The notes: generated by a model not told the origin, from the sequence alone. Counted from the first letter of the stretch, positions 8,535 through 19,802 are shown. The stretch: 64,000 nucleotides of DNA from an uncultured delta proteobacterium (GCA_963696385.1 CAVOKF010000007.1:480001-544000), one strand, 5' to 3'. Numbers and translations are program-made.

Positions 8535-11153
8535 TTGGCCGCACCAAAAGGCGGAGGACGACCGCGAAGTGTAAGGAAGCGCGATTCGGCAGCGGACAAG
8601 ACCGACAACCTGCTCGATGCGACGTCGAAGCTCAAGACGGCGCCGTGCATTCCCGCGCTTCGTGAAGCCGTCCGCGCTTGGCGCGTTGGGGGCTACGAGG
8701 GCACCACGGACACGACGCGGCGCCTTTTGTCCTACTGGTTCCAGAGCGATCATCGACGTCCGAACGGGGCACGGTTCGCCTATCACCCTGCGCAACGCGA
8801 GGCCATCGAGACGCTGATCTTCGTGTGGGAGTCCGAGCGGGTCCGTTCGCGCGCGGCGCTTTTCGAACGGTACGCGCTCGACCTGGACGAGACGCCCGGC
8901 TCGCTCACCGATGCCTTCGCTCGATACGCCATCAAGATGGCCACCGGAAGCGGCAAGACCAAAGTGATCGCGCTCGCCGTGGCGTGGCAGTTCCTCAACG
9001 CGCAGCGAGAAAGCGGAGCCGCCAAGGACTACGCCCGGACCTTCCTTCTGCTCGCGCCAAACGTCATTGTGCATGAGAGGCTCCGGACGGACTTCGCCAG
9101 CGGTCGAATCTTTGAGGCCGATCCGGTTGTGCCACGCGACCTTCGCATGCTCTGGGACTTCGACTGCGTTCTTCGCGGGGACGGTGCGAAGGCGCATGCG
9201 GAGGGAACACTCTTTGTCACCAACATCCAGCAGTTCTACGAGCGGGGGCAGGAGGCGAGCACGGAGCCGGGGCCCATGGCGGCCGTCCTTGGGCCTCGCT
9301 CTATGTCAGCCTCGAAGCTCGAGGTGGCCGATTTTCGCGAGCGCATTGGCCTGCGCAGCGGCCCTCTTATGGTGTTGAACGACGAGGCTCATCACACCCA
9401 CGCCGAAGACGGTGAGTGGACCCGTGTCGTTCGAACCCTTCATGGCAGGACTCCGCTCAACCTGCAGGTTGATCTCTCCGCAACTCCCCGCTACCCGAAC
9501 GGCGCTCTCTTTCCGTGGACGATCTTCGACTACCCGTTGAAGCAGGCTCTTCTTGACGGGGTCGTCAAACGGCCGATGCGCGGCGTCCTCGACGTCCAGG
9601 AAGTGAAGTCCGAGCGAGCTTCGATCCGCTACGAGGGCTACCTCGTCGCTGCCGTCGAGAGGTGGAAGGAGTACGTCGAGCAGCTCAGCCCGCTTAGGAA
9701 GAAGCCTCTTCTGTTCGTGATGCTCTCGAGCACATCGGAGGCCGACGACGTCGCCGACTGGCTGCGCCGAACGTATCCCCACGAGCTCGGGGCTCCGCAC
9801 GTCCTGGTCATCCATACGAACGCGGCCGGTGAAGTCAACAAGGCCGACATCGAGAAGGCGCGCGCGCTCGCTCGAACGGTCGACGAGGAGACCAACGACA
9901 TCAGAGCCATCGTCTCCGTCCTGATGCTGCGCGAGGGATGGGATGTGCAGAACGTCACGGTCGTCGTCGGGCTACGCCCCTTCACGGCCCGCGCGAACAT
10001 CCTCCCTGAGCAAGCGATCGGACGCGGGCTTCGCCTGATGTTCCGGGGGCAACCCGCAGCTGGGTACCAAGAGCGGGTCGACATCATCGGCAACGACAAA
10101 TTTCTCGAGTTGGTCGATGACCTCGAGGAGCTGGAGGGGATCCGCTTCGATGCCTTCGAGGCGGACAAGGATCGCGTCCAGATCGACACGGTCGGTCCTA
10201 CGCCAGACCGCGCCGAATTCGACATCGCCATCCCGGTTCTCTCTTTTGCCCTCGTGCGCAAAAAAGGGCTTTCCGAAGCAATCGCCGCCCTCGACGTGAG
10301 GCGACTCGACCTCCCGCCCGGATTCAGCATCCGAATCGAGAGCGACGACCCGGCGACGTTCACGTACGAAGGCTTCGACGCCGCCACGGATCGCGAGGAG
10401 ATCGAGCGACGTTACGCCGTGCCCCGGGCGCGCACGGCGCAGGAGGTGATCGGCTACTACGCGCGCCGGATCGGCGATGATCTGAAGCTGCCTTCTCAGT
10501 TCGCTACTCTTGCGCCAAAGGTCCGGGAGTTCTTCGAGCACCGCTTTTTCGGCGAGCCGGTCGACCTCGACAATCCAAGGGTTGTCCGGTTCATGGCGAG
10601 TGCTGCTGCGCGCCATCTCACGGTCGGCGCGTTCGCAAGGGCTTTTCGAGCCGTCGCTGCAGCAAGCGCCGAGCCGCGCGTCGTCGCACAGGCTCGCCGG
10701 CTTTCAGAGTGCCCGCCCTTCCCATGGTCGCAGTGGCTCGTCGACACCGGCCGCACGGTCTTCAACCTCGTGGCCTGCGACAACGAGTACGAGCGCACGT
10801 TCGCGCGCTTTCTGGAGAGTGCCGAAGGCGTAAAGGCCTTCGCGAAGCTTCCGCTCCGTTTCGGTTTCGCCGTGGAGTACCTCGACGAGAAGGGCAGCCT
10901 GCGGCTTTACTACCCCGACTGGGTGGTTCGGGCCGCTGACGGTCGGTCGTACCTCCTGGAGACAACGAGGCAAGTCGCCTCCGACGTCGCCGCGAAGGAT
11001 CGCGCGGCGCGGCTGTGGTGCGAGAACGCGACGACCGTCGCAGGTCAAGAATGGCGCTACATGCGCGTCGAGCAGAGTGAATTCGAGCGCCTCGCGCCAG
11101 CGCAGTTCTCCGACCTCACCGCCCTCAGCAGGACGGTACACGGGGTCGCATGA
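8535..11153 (+). CDS. res: Type III restriction subunit (SF2 helicase-like plus PD-(D/E)XK domain)
   Basis: MATGSGKT, LNDEAHH, LSATP, MLREGWDV, EQAIGRGLR, C-terminal YYPDW...LLETT. Confidence 0.9.
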   Translation: MAAPKGGGRPRSVRKRDSAADKTDNLLDATSKLKTAPCIPALREAVRAWRVGGYEGTTDTTRRLLSYWFQSDHRRPNGARFAYHPAQREAIETLIFVWESERVRSRAALFERYALDLDETPGSLTDAFARYAIKMATGSGKTKVIALAVAWQFLNAQRESGAAKDYARTFLLLAPNVIVHERLRTDFASGRIFEADPVVPRDLRMLWDFDCVLRGDGAKAHAEGTLFVTNIQQFYERGQEASTEPGPMAAVLGPRSMSASKLEVADFRERIGLRSGPLMVLNDEAHHTHAEDGEWTRVVRTLHGRTPLNLQVDLSATPRYPNGALFPWTIFDYPLKQALLDGVVKRPMRGVLDVQEVKSERASIRYEGYLVAAVERWKEYVEQLSPLRKKPLLFVMLSSTSEADDVADWLRRTYPHELGAPHVLVIHTNAAGEVNKADIEKARALARTVDEETNDIRAIVSVLMLREGWDVQNVTVVVGLRPFTARANILPEQAIGRGLRLMFRGQPAAGYQERVDIIGNDKFLELVDDLEELEGIRFDAFEADKDRVQIDTVGPTPDRAEFDIAIPVLSFALVRKKGLSEAIAALDVRRLDLPPGFSIRIESDDPATFTYEGFDAATDREEIERRYAVPRARTAQEVIGYYARRIGDDLKLPSQFATLAPKVREFFEHRFFGEPVDLDNPRVVRFMASAAARHLTVGAFARAFRAVAAASAEPRVVAQARRLSECPPFPWSQWLVDTGRTVFNLVACDNEYERTFARFLESAEGVKAFAKLPLRFGFAVEYLDEKGSLRLYYPDWVVRAADGRSYLLETTRQVASDVAAKDRAARLWCENATTVAGQEWRYMRVEQSEFERLAPAQFSDLTALSRTVHGVA

Positions 11154-11276
11154 GAGTGGAGCTCGAACAGGTCGGCCCGTGCCGCGCCGGTCCTCCGCGT
11201 CGCTTGCGTGGCACGCTTCGCGCAACCGGTCGCGATTCCGCGGACGTGGGCGCTTCCGTGCACTAAGGTGAGGGCC

Positions 11277-11924
11277 ATGACGACCATCGGACTCATCGGC
11301 GCAGGCCGCATCGGAAGCCAGGTCGCGCGCCTGGCCATCGCACACAACTACAACGTCGTGATCAGCAACTCGCGCGGCCCCGATACACTTGCGGATCTCG
11401 TCAAGGAGCTCGGCCCGAGAGCTCGCGCAGCAACGTCCGTCGATGCGGCGAAGGCAGGCGACGTCGTCGTCGTCACCGTCCCGCTCAAGAACTACCGGAG
11501 CGTTCCGGTCGAGCCCCTTGCAGGCAAGGTCGTCATCGACACGAACAACTATTACCCGCAGCGTGACGGGCACATCCCCGAGCTCGACAACGAGTCGACG
11601 ACGACCGCCGAGCTGTTGCAAGCGCACCTTCCGAAATCGAAGGTGGTCAAGGCGTTCAACCACATCTACGCGGCCGAGCTCACGACGCACGGCCAACCCG
11701 CCGGCACCGCGAACCGGCGCGCCCTCGTCATCGCGGGCGACGACGCGAACGCGAAGGCCACCGTAAGCAAGATGCTCGACGCGTTTGGCTTCGACACGGT
11801 CGACGCAGGACCGCTTAAGGAGGGCTGGCGCATCCAGCGCGACACGCCGGGCTACGGACCGCGACGCAATGCCGAGGAGCTGCGGAGGGACCTTGCGGCA
11901 GCGAAGCGGTACCGGGATATGTGA
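11277..11924 (+). CDS. NADPH-dependent F420 reductase-family dinucleotide-binding oxidoreductase
   Basis: GLIGAGRIG, SNSRGP, VIDTNNYYP, VVKAFN. Confidence 0.88.
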   Translation: MTTIGLIGAGRIGSQVARLAIAHNYNVVISNSRGPDTLADLVKELGPRARAATSVDAAKAGDVVVVTVPLKNYRSVPVEPLAGKVVIDTNNYYPQRDGHIPELDNESTTTAELLQAHLPKSKVVKAFNHIYAAELTTHGQPAGTANRRALVIAGDDANAKATVSKMLDAFGFDTVDAGPLKEGWRIQRDTPGYGPRRNAEELRRDLAAAKRYRDM

Positions 11925-12073
11925 GCGAGGCACGCTCCAGAAGGACACGATTGCACGTGCGGTCTCAACGAGCCCCACGAGCCCTGCGATCCGAATGGCC
12001 AATACGCGCAACCATGGGGCCCCAGACGCAAGGGATCTTGTGGGGCCGCCGAGGAGCGCGTCTACTCGCTCTC

Positions 12074-13009
12074 ATGTGCGACAACGATTCCTTCGACGAC
12101 ATGGTGGCGTACCGCCTTCGCTCCGAGCCCCTCTCGCGGCGAGGCTTCGGCTCTCTCTCGCTCGGCGCAGGATTCGCGTCGCTCCTGCCGATCGGGTGCC
12201 AATCAGCCGATCCGGCAGTGGGTCCGGTGCCCGCACCGACGGCGGCGGCAGCCGGAGCGGGGATCGCGACGTCCGAGTCGGAGGTCAGCATCACGACGCC
12301 GGACGGCGCGTGTGACGCCTACTTCGTACATCCAACGAACGGCACGGCTCCGGCAGTCCTCATCTGGCCGGACATTTTCGGTCTCCGTCCGGCGTTCCGT
12401 CAGATGGGAAAGCGGCTCGCCGAGTCGGGATACGCCGTGCTGGTGGTGAACCCCTTCTACCGGACGAAAAAGGCGCCGACGTCGTCTCCGCATGCGCAAT
12501 TCGACGATCCGGCGACGCGTGAAGCGCTGATGGCGCTAGCGCATTCGCTGACGCCGGAGACCGAGGTCACCGACGCGAAGGCTCTCACGGCGTGGCTCGA
12601 CCAGCAACGATCCGTCGACAGGTCTCGCAAGATGGGAACGACCGGCTACTGCATGGGCGGGCCGCCCGTCATGCGCACGGCGGCGACGAATCCGGATCGC
12701 ATCGGAGCCGCTGCGACGTTCCACGGCGGAGGCCTGGTGACCGACAAGCCGGACAGCCCGCACCTTCTGATTCCGAAGATGAAGGCGCATTTCCTCGTCG
12801 CGATCGCCGCCAACGACGACGCCAAGCAGCCGGATGCGAAGGAAACGCTCAAAGCGGCGTTCGCCCAAGCGTCTCTGCCGGCGCATGTCGAAGTGTACGA
12901 AGGGACGATGCACGGTTGGTGTCCGCCGGATTCGCACGTATACAACCGCGATGCGGCGGAGAAGGCGTGGGGCGAGCTCCTCATGCTGTTGAAGAGTGCG
13001 CTCGGGTAG
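12074..13009 (+). CDS. Dienelactone hydrolase family protein with Tat-like signal
   Basis: LSRRGFG twin-arginine motif; WPDIFGLR, GYCMGG nucleophile, HGW. Confidence 0.9.
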   Translation: MCDNDSFDDMVAYRLRSEPLSRRGFGSLSLGAGFASLLPIGCQSADPAVGPVPAPTAAAAGAGIATSESEVSITTPDGACDAYFVHPTNGTAPAVLIWPDIFGLRPAFRQMGKRLAESGYAVLVVNPFYRTKKAPTSSPHAQFDDPATREALMALAHSLTPETEVTDAKALTAWLDQQRSVDRSRKMGTTGYCMGGPPVMRTAATNPDRIGAAATFHGGGLVTDKPDSPHLLIPKMKAHFLVAIAANDDAKQPDAKETLKAAFAQASLPAHVEVYEGTMHGWCPPDSHVYNRDAAEKAWGELLMLLKSALG

Positions 13010-13022
13010 GGCGTCACGACAA

Positions 13023-15629
13023 TCACCCGAGCTCCATTCTCGGCGCGAGCAGGGCTTCGAGCGCACCGATCAGTTCGTCCACTTTCACCGGTTTTGTGAG
13101 GTACCGATAGAACCCAGCCTCGATGCCACGATGCTTGTCCCGTTCGGATGCGGCGGCGGTGAGGGCGATCACGGGAATGTCCTTGGTGTCGGGAAAGTCG
13201 CGAAGCGCTCGGAGCGCGTCGAGTCCGCTCATTCCCGGCAAGTTGATGTCCATGATGATGACCTCGGGCTGACGTCTGCGCGCCAGATCGACTCCGAGCT
13301 CGGCTGTCGCCGCGGCGAGCAAGTCGATGTTCTCGAACGTGCTGACGAGATCCTTCATGAACGTCACGTTGGCCTGGTTGTCCTCGACGTAAAGGATGAG
13401 CCTGCGTCCTTCGCCTGCGAGACGATTCGTGATGACGACCCCAACCGGGGGTGGAAGGCTCGATCTCGCTTGGGAGACGTGAACCGGCAGGTCGACCCAG
13501 AACTGAGAACCTTCGCCGAAGACGCTCTGGAAGCCGACCTCGCCGTGCATGAATTCGGCGAGGCGCTTCGTGATGACCAGCCCGATACCCGTCCCCTCGA
13601 TCGGCCCCGTCTCCTGTCCCGCCCTCTGGAACGGCTGGAAGAGCTTGGCCTGCTTCTCGGCCGGGATGCCCATCCCCGTATCGCGCACGGTGACGCGCAC
13701 CGACTCGGCGCGCGGGAGCGAGACCGTGAAGGTCACCTTCCCCGATGGCCGGTTGTACTTAATCGCATTGGATCCCAGGTTCATGAGAATTTGCGAGAAC
13801 CTGGTTCGGTCCACCGAAACCAGGGGAAGGTCCGCGGGCAGCGCATCGACATCGACCCGAATCCCTTGGCGCGCGGCCATCGTTTCGAGCGTTGTCCTCA
13901 CTTCATCCAAGACCTCGGTCACGCTGACAGGCTCCAGCGAGATCGACACCCCTCCCGCTTCGATGCGCGACAAATCCAGGATGTCGTCGATCAGGTGGAG
14001 CAGGTGCTCGCCACCCTTCAGGATCTGATCGACGCGCTCGTTTTGGCGAAGCGAGAGCGGCGTGTTCCTGTCCCGTTGCAGCAGTTGCGCAAACCCCAGG
14101 ATCGCGTTGAGCGGCGTGCGAAGTTCGTGGCTCATGGACGCCAGAAAGTCACTCTTGGCTTGATTCGCCGCCTCGGCTGCCGTGCGGGCCTCGCGCAGTT
14201 CCTCGGCCAGACGGACATCGTCGGTGAGGTCCCAAATCGTCTTGACGATGCCCCCTTCCGCCGTGCGCCGATCGATGACCCGCAGGCTGCGCCCGTCCTT
14301 CATGCGCAAGTCGAAGGTCGTCGTTTGATCGTGTCGTCGCCTGGCCATCCGCTCCGCACGAAAGCGTTCGCGCTCCGCATCGTCTTGAAACGCGACGTCG
14401 TGGATCCAAGCGTCGAGCAGGGCCTCGTACGGTCGCCCGACCACGGCCCCTGAAATGGAGTCGCCGATGAAGCGCCGATAGACGCTGTTGCACAGGACGA
14501 GTCGATCGTTGTCGTCGAAAAGCGCGAACGCGTCCTGAATGCTCTCGACCGAGCTTGCAAGCCTGTCCGCGAGGAGCTTGGCTTGCGCCTCCATCCGCTT
14601 GCGCTCCGTGATATCGCGGATCGCGGCGGAGACGGTCCGGCCTTTCTCGGTCTGACGGGGGCTCAGGCTTACCTCGATCGGCAGCTCCGTGCCGTCCTTT
14701 CGACGGCCAAAGAGTTCAAGTCCCGAGCCCATCGGACGGGCGCTTGGATGCGCGAAGAAGCTCGCCAGACGTGCGACATGCGCGTGCCGGAACCGCTCAG
14801 GGATCAAGACGTCGAGGGGCTGGCCGATGAGTTCGGAGCGCGTGTAGCCGAACAGTCGTTCGGTCTGTACGTTCACGAGATCGATCCGGCCGTCGGCGGC
14901 CACCACCACGATCGCGTCGGGCGCCGTGTCGAGGAGTTGAAGGTACCCCTGCGAAGATGCGAGCTCTACGACCTTGGCGTTCAGCTCGGCGGTTCGCGCC
15001 TGAAGGGCACGAGCGGTCTCCCTCTCGGCAACTTGAGCCTTTACAGCGGCGGCATGCGCAGCCTGCTCCGCTGAATAGGACCGGGCGTTTCCTATGGCGA
15101 GTGCCGCATGGTCAGCCAGAATCTGGGCCAGATCCCGATCGCGCTCATCGAACGGCAGGGAATCGTGCCTGAAACGGCCCCACGCCAGGACACCAATGGA
15201 TTGCCCGCGTAACCGCAACGGAACCAGCAATCGACTGTGCAAGCCAAGCATCCTCGCCCGCTCATCGTTCTCGGGTGACATGCCCGACGTAGCAAGGGAC
15301 GACGCTCCTGATTGCAGTACCTCTCTTAGGAGCGGGTTTTCCCCAAGCTGGAAAGGCTGCGTCGCGAGCACGAAGCGCAGTGTCTCTGCCTCGCAGGAAT
15401 GGATGGCCACGGTGTCGAGCGTTTGCCCGTCCTCCGAGAGCAGGAGCACGCGACAGACGTCTCTGAGCGACTCCGCCAGTTTGCGCGCCATGGTGTCGAG
15501 CAGGCGCCTATAGTCGCGCGTGTCCTCCGCAAAGGAGCGCGTGACCTCGGAAAGGACGCGGAACCATCCCTCGAGGCGCTGAACTTGTTCTGCCGCTCCC
15601 GGCGCGTTCGGCACGATAGCGCTAGTCAT
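13023..15629 (-). CDS. Hybrid sensor histidine kinase (GAF-PAS-PAS-HisKA-HATPase-REC)
   Basis: [17 protein letters not shown]-box, NAIKYN, DTGMG, GTGIGL, C-terminal receiver (MDINLP...TKP). Confidence 0.95.
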   Translation of the reverse strand: MTSAIVPNAPGAAEQVQRLEGWFRVLSEVTRSFAEDTRDYRRLLDTMARKLAESLRDVCRVLLLSEDGQTLDTVAIHSCEAETLRFVLATQPFQLGENPLLREVLQSGASSLATSGMSPENDERARMLGLHSRLLVPLRLRGQSIGVLAWGRFRHDSLPFDERDRDLAQILADHAALAIGNARSYSAEQAAHAAAVKAQVAERETARALQARTAELNAKVVELASSQGYLQLLDTAPDAIVVVAADGRIDLVNVQTERLFGYTRSELIGQPLDVLIPERFRHAHVARLASFFAHPSARPMGSGLELFGRRKDGTELPIEVSLSPRQTEKGRTVSAAIRDITERKRMEAQAKLLADRLASSVESIQDAFALFDDNDRLVLCNSVYRRFIGDSISGAVVGRPYEALLDAWIHDVAFQDDAERERFRAERMARRRHDQTTTFDLRMKDGRSLRVIDRRTAEGGIVKTIWDLTDDVRLAEELREARTAAEAANQAKSDFLASMSHELRTPLNAILGFAQLLQRDRNTPLSLRQNERVDQILKGGEHLLHLIDDILDLSRIEAGGVSISLEPVSVTEVLDEVRTTLETMAARQGIRVDVDALPADLPLVSVDRTRFSQILMNLGSNAIKYNRPSGKVTFTVSLPRAESVRVTVRDTGMGIPAEKQAKLFQPFQRAGQETGPIEGTGIGLVITKRLAEFMHGEVGFQSVFGEGSQFWVDLPVHVSQARSSLPPPVGVVITNRLAGEGRRLILYVEDNQANVTFMKDLVSTFENIDLLAAATAELGVDLARRRQPEVIIMDINLPGMSGLDALRALRDFPDTKDIPVIALTAAASERDKHRGIEAGFYRYLTKPVKVDELIGALEALLAPRMELG

Positions 15630-15817
15630 GGAATCTTCGCCTCTGGCTTGCTCTCAAGGTGCAACGGTCAGGGCCGACGGGGAGATCCCCCGGAGCAGGT
15701 GGCCGTCGTTCGAGAGATGTCGCCGTGCGAGTCGTAGACGCCGAACGGGCTCATTGCACGCCGGAGAAACGCCGGCCGTGGGCGGTTCTGCCTTGCGTGA
15801 AGACCGCGCGCCGCGGC

Positions 15818-16234
15818 CTATGCGTCCGGACGTCGGAGGGACGCTGTTGGCGAGGGGGGTAGCCCGCCGGCGACATCGCCGGTCGCCCTCGACGAGGACC
15901 GGGACAGGAGCTCGACACGCTTGCCCGTCAGGCTAGGGGTGAGCACGCGATACAGGACGCTAGAGCCGCATCCGGTAACCGCATACTGTCGCTCCCGGTC
16001 CAAGCGCCTCATTTCGAGGTTGTTGCTCTCGCACGGTAAATCACGAGAAGCACTCGCCTTGAGAGCCGACACGAGCGGGTCCGGCGTCGTCTCCGATTGT
16101 TGGAAAACGGTGCCGCCGGTGGCGGTAACCGAATACGCACCGCACCCCGCGCATAGCCAAATGCCACCGATCGTCGCGCCTACCCGCAGCGGCCACCTCA
16201 GCCTTTTCACCGTCTCGTCACGTTCCATAGCCAA
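15818..16234 (-). CDS. Small hypothetical lipoprotein
   Basis: Lipobox-like CAGC; ASRDLPC...YAVTGCG...LY motif. Confidence 0.55.
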   Translation of the reverse strand: MAMERDETVKRLRWPLRVGATIGGIWLCAGCGAYSVTATGGTVFQQSETTPDPLVSALKASASRDLPCESNNLEMRRLDRERQYAVTGCGSSVLYRVLTPSLTGKRVELLSRSSSRATGDVAGGLPPSPTASLRRPDA

Positions 16235-16426
16235 GCCCCAGTGCGGCGCCTCCGGCTGTGCCGTTCATTGACGTGGAAACGCGTCGCTTGCCGGACCTCC
16301 GTAAAACGTCCGGCAGAAGCATTTCTTCCGCGTGTGGCCAATAAATTTGCACTTCAGAGCGCCAATGCTGCTGCCAGCGGAATGCGCGGACGTGTGCGGG
16401 GCAAGTCGCCGCGCCGTGGTCGCCCG

Positions 16427-16531
16427 TATCTGGAGCTGGCCCAGCGGATGAATCTTTCGCTGGCGACGCTCGACTAGGAACTGCTTACCGCGAGCGCCGC
16501 CCTTGGTGTCCCCCTGCTCGGCCTGTCCTGA
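16427..16531 (+). pseudogene. VapC (PIN-domain toxin) C-terminal remnant with in-frame stop
   Basis: YLELAQRMNLSLATLD*ELLTASAALGVPLLG matches the PIN C-terminal pattern YLELA...LATLD..L..AA...GV; TAG at 16475-16477; no N-terminus or antitoxin. Confidence 0.7.
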
Positions 16532-16851
16532 CCGAGAGCGCGTTCGGCCCATCGGGCGCTTCTGCTGGGCACCCTCTCCTCGCCGGAATCCCACTTTGCC
16601 TACAGAGGACTTACGGCTGAGCTATAGTGTCCGTATGAATCGCCCCTCGAGTGGAGGCACAACTCACCCGTCGGCGAGCATCGGCGAGCGCGGCACGCCC
16701 CAAGGCCGCCTCGTCCTGCGCTGGTTTTTCCGTCGCCAAGCGACACCGCTTGCGGACAGCCCGGTCTTCGGGATCGTGGGCGGCCGCATAGATGGCGGTC
16801 CTTCGTGGCTCCACCTCTTGCCGTGGAACTCTCAACTGGAGGAAGCAGAAC

Positions 16852-17558
16852 ATGGGACTCACGATGATGAACATGGCGAGCCTCGGATTTGGCCTGTCTC
16901 TGGTTGCCGCAAACGTGGCATGTGGCGGTGGATTAAGCGGGGCGGGGGCGGATCCCCCGGCCTCGGCCACCGGTTCCGCTCAAGTCACGGTCAATCTCGA
17001 TCTGCCGAACGTCGGCAATCCGAAGTACGACACATTTTTCAGTAGCGTCGTCGAACTGGAGCAACGCGTCGCCGACGCGCGTGCGGCTCTCGAGAATGCA
17101 CCAGCGACGCTGAACAAGGCGATGAACCTGGCCGAGGCGACCGACTTCGAAACGGCCGTCAAGAACATAAGCGGTAGGCTCAAGGGCAAGGTGACGGTGA
17201 CCATCAACGTCGGCCCAGCCGGCGCGGACGTGAACGTCGTGGCCGCCTCCGGCGTGACCTTGTCCACCGAAGAGCAGGCGATGGTGGATGCCTACAGGAA
17301 GGTGGCGACCGATGTCGCCGCCATTCCCATAAAGCTCGAGCCCGTGGTGCCTAAGTCGATCGACATCGTCAAGCAGGGCGCGGTACTCACGGTCAGCGCC
17401 AGGTCGGATTTACCGGCATCAAGGGCATAATCACGCTGCCCTCGGTCATTGGTGGAATCAACAAGGCGACGGCCGCAATGGGTGAGATCAAGACCGATGT
17501 TCCGCTCGTGATCGAGAAGTCCAAGACGATGACGGTCGCCCTGTCGGGCGCCATCTGA
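16852..17558 (+). CDS. Helical lipoprotein, frameshifted near 17410
   Basis: GGAGG RBS; VANVAC lipobox-like; frame stops at 17430, but adding one T at 17409-17411 continues it as FTGIKGIITLPSV...LSGAI* to 17558. Confidence 0.7.
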
Positions 17559-17661
17559 GCCGTCCCGATCCGGAAAGCATGGCGCCGACGTACGGGAAAC
17601 GAGAAGCTACAACGTCGAGCGTCAGCATGAGGACGCCGGCACTGAGCGCCGATGTCGGCCG

Positions 17662-18576
17662 TCAGCGCGCTCGGCGCGGCACGCGCCCATATGGCGCCGT
17701 CCTCAGCTCGTCGGCGAGAAGCTCCGCGACGGCCCGCACCCGCGGGATGGCCAGCGAGCTGCGAGCGCAGACGAGGTGCATCGATGAGGAGATGGGCCCG
17801 AGATCGAGCTTCATTTCCACAAGCGTCGTCGGCACGGCCCGCGGGCTACGGACACGACCGAGCGGGATCGCTCCGACGCCCGCCTCCGCGGCTCGCCGCT
17901 GCACGAGAAAGTCGTCGGACGCGAACACGGGACGGAAGCCCGGAATGCGCGAGGCCAGCTGCGGGTTGGGCGGGAGGTGCTCAAGCGGCGGCGCCCAGCC
18001 GATCCAGCCAACGTCGCCGGGGCCGTACCCACGCGGCAACCGTTCGATGTACCCGGGCGTCGCGTAGACCGCGACATCGAACTCGATAGTGGCCACCGTC
18101 ATCAGATCGCGCCGGGCTGTGGCGCGATCGAGGCGCTCCATGCGTAAGCCGAGATCCGCCTCGCGTCGCGCGAGATCGAGGTATGCCACCGTGGACACCA
18201 CCTCGAGTCGGACGTCCGGCAGTTCGTCGCGCGCCCGCTGCGCGAACGGCGCGATGAAGTCGAACGCGACGCCGGGAGGCGCGGTGAGGCGCACGACGCC
18301 GCGGGGCTTGGTGTCCGCGCCGGAGACGACGTGGTCGACATCGCGAGCCGATTCGGCCATCCGCCGCGCCGGATCGACAACGCGCTCGCCGAACGGCGTC
18401 AAGCGCGTTCCGTCGACCGCGCGCGTGAAGAGCGGCTCGCCCAGGCGCGCCTCCAGGTCCGCGAGCTGACGGCTCACCGTGGGCTGGGTAACCTGCAGGA
18501 CCTTGGCCGCCCCACTCAAGCTCCCCGCTTCGGAAACGGCGAGGATCATCTCGATTTCGCTCCAGTGGACATGCAC
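17662..18576 (-). CDS. LysR-family transcriptional regulator
   Basis: GSLSGAAKVLQVTQPTVSRQLADLE HTH; LARREADL. Confidence 0.93.
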   Translation of the reverse strand: MHVHWSEIEMILAVSEAGSLSGAAKVLQVTQPTVSRQLADLEARLGEPLFTRAVDGTRLTPFGERVVDPARRMAESARDVDHVVSGADTKPRGVVRLTAPPGVAFDFIAPFAQRARDELPDVRLEVVSTVAYLDLARREADLGLRMERLDRATARRDLMTVATIEFDVAVYATPGYIERLPRGYGPGDVGWIGWAPPLEHLPPNPQLASRIPGFRPVFASDDFLVQRRAAEAGVGAIPLGRVRSPRAVPTTLVEMKLDLGPISSSMHLVCARSSLAIPRVRAVAELLADELRTAPYGRVPRRAR

Positions 18577-18642
18577 TGGCGCATGATACCATTCGTACTT
18601 TGGCGGTTTTCATGTATTCGCGCATAGCTCAGACTCGCGGGC

Positions 18643-19608
18643 ATGAAGACGCTCACTTCCCTCCCCACCCTCGTCCTCGCCTCCCTCCTTTCACTCGCGC
18701 TCGACGGCTGCGCAGCCACGAGCCACCCAACCGCCCCGGCGTCGATCGGGACGCCGGGCGCAGCGTCCACCTTCGATGCTCTCATCGACCACCCCGGCCC
18801 GATCGAGGTCGACACCATTGTCTCGGCCCGCTGGCAGGTCGACCGCAGCGGCCTCCTTGACCTGAGCGACGCCAAGGCAAAGGCGGCCGGCCTGGTCGAT
18901 GGCCCCGAGCCCATCGACCTGTTCATTCACGTCATCCGCCATCCGCAGAAGGGAACGTTCCTCGTCGACTCCGGTGTCGAGCGCGCGTTCCTTGCGGATC
19001 CGGACCACGCGCTCATCCACGGATGGCTCGGCGGCATGGCCCACCTCGACAAGCTGCGTGTCGACCGCGACATGGCGTCGGTCGTGGCAGCCACCGGCTC
19101 GGTCCAGGGTCTCTTCCTCACTCATCTGCACCTGGATCACGTCCTGGGCTTGCGGGACGTCCCCTCGTCGACGCCGGTGTACGTAGGCGTCGGCGACGCG
19201 CGCGACCGATCGTTCATGAACCTTTTCGAGAGCGGCGTTTACAACGACGCGCTTTCCGGCAAGGGCCCGCTACGCGAGATCCGCTTCGATGCCGATCCGG
19301 ACGGTCGCTTCGACGGCCTGCTCGACATCTTCAACGACGGCTCGCTCTGGGCCATCTGGGTTCCAGGGCACACGCCCGGAAGCATGGCATTCCTTGCGCG
19401 CACCCCCCACGGTCCCGTGCTCCTTACGGGCGACGCGTGCCACACTGCGTGGGGCTGGGAACACGGAGTCGGCCCGGGGAAGTTCTCCGACGACATCGCG
19501 AAGAGTGCCGAGAGCCTCTCGCGACTCGAGGCGCTCGTCACGCGGCACCCGCGCATTGAGGTCCGCCTCGGTCACCAGCAGCTGCCGGTGGCCTCGGCGC
19601 AGCGGTAG
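18643..19608 (+). CDS. Metallo-beta-lactamase-fold hydrolase lipoprotein (AHL-lactonase-like)
   Basis: LDGC lipobox; THLHLDH, PGHTPG, TGDA, LGH metal motifs; divergent from LysR. Confidence 0.85.
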   Translation: MKTLTSLPTLVLASLLSLALDGCAATSHPTAPASIGTPGAASTFDALIDHPGPIEVDTIVSARWQVDRSGLLDLSDAKAKAAGLVDGPEPIDLFIHVIRHPQKGTFLVDSGVERAFLADPDHALIHGWLGGMAHLDKLRVDRDMASVVAATGSVQGLFLTHLHLDHVLGLRDVPSSTPVYVGVGDARDRSFMNLFESGVYNDALSGKGPLREIRFDADPDGRFDGLLDIFNDGSLWAIWVPGHTPGSMAFLARTPHGPVLLTGDACHTAWGWEHGVGPGKFSDDIAKSAESLSRLEALVTRHPRIEVRLGHQQLPVASAQR

Positions 19609-19652
19609 TCGTCGACCCCGACCCCGACCGAGCGTGGTATCCGTATGGGCGG

Positions 19653-19802
19653 ATGAAGGTCATGATCTTCGGCGCCACGGGCATGGTTGGGCAGGCCGCG
19701 CTGCGCGAGTCTCTGCTGGACCCGGCCGTGGAGCGAGTTCTCACGGTTGGGCGAAGAACACGCTACGCGATCCCGACCTCTCAGAACGACGCCTGGCCGT
19801 AG
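19653..19802 (+). pseudogene. N-terminal fragment of NAD-dependent epimerase/oxidoreductase
   Basis: MKVMIFGATGMVGQAALRESLLDPAVERVLTVGRR (Rossmann GxxGxxG), then stops after 49 aa inside the end of the convergent gene. Confidence 0.75.
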
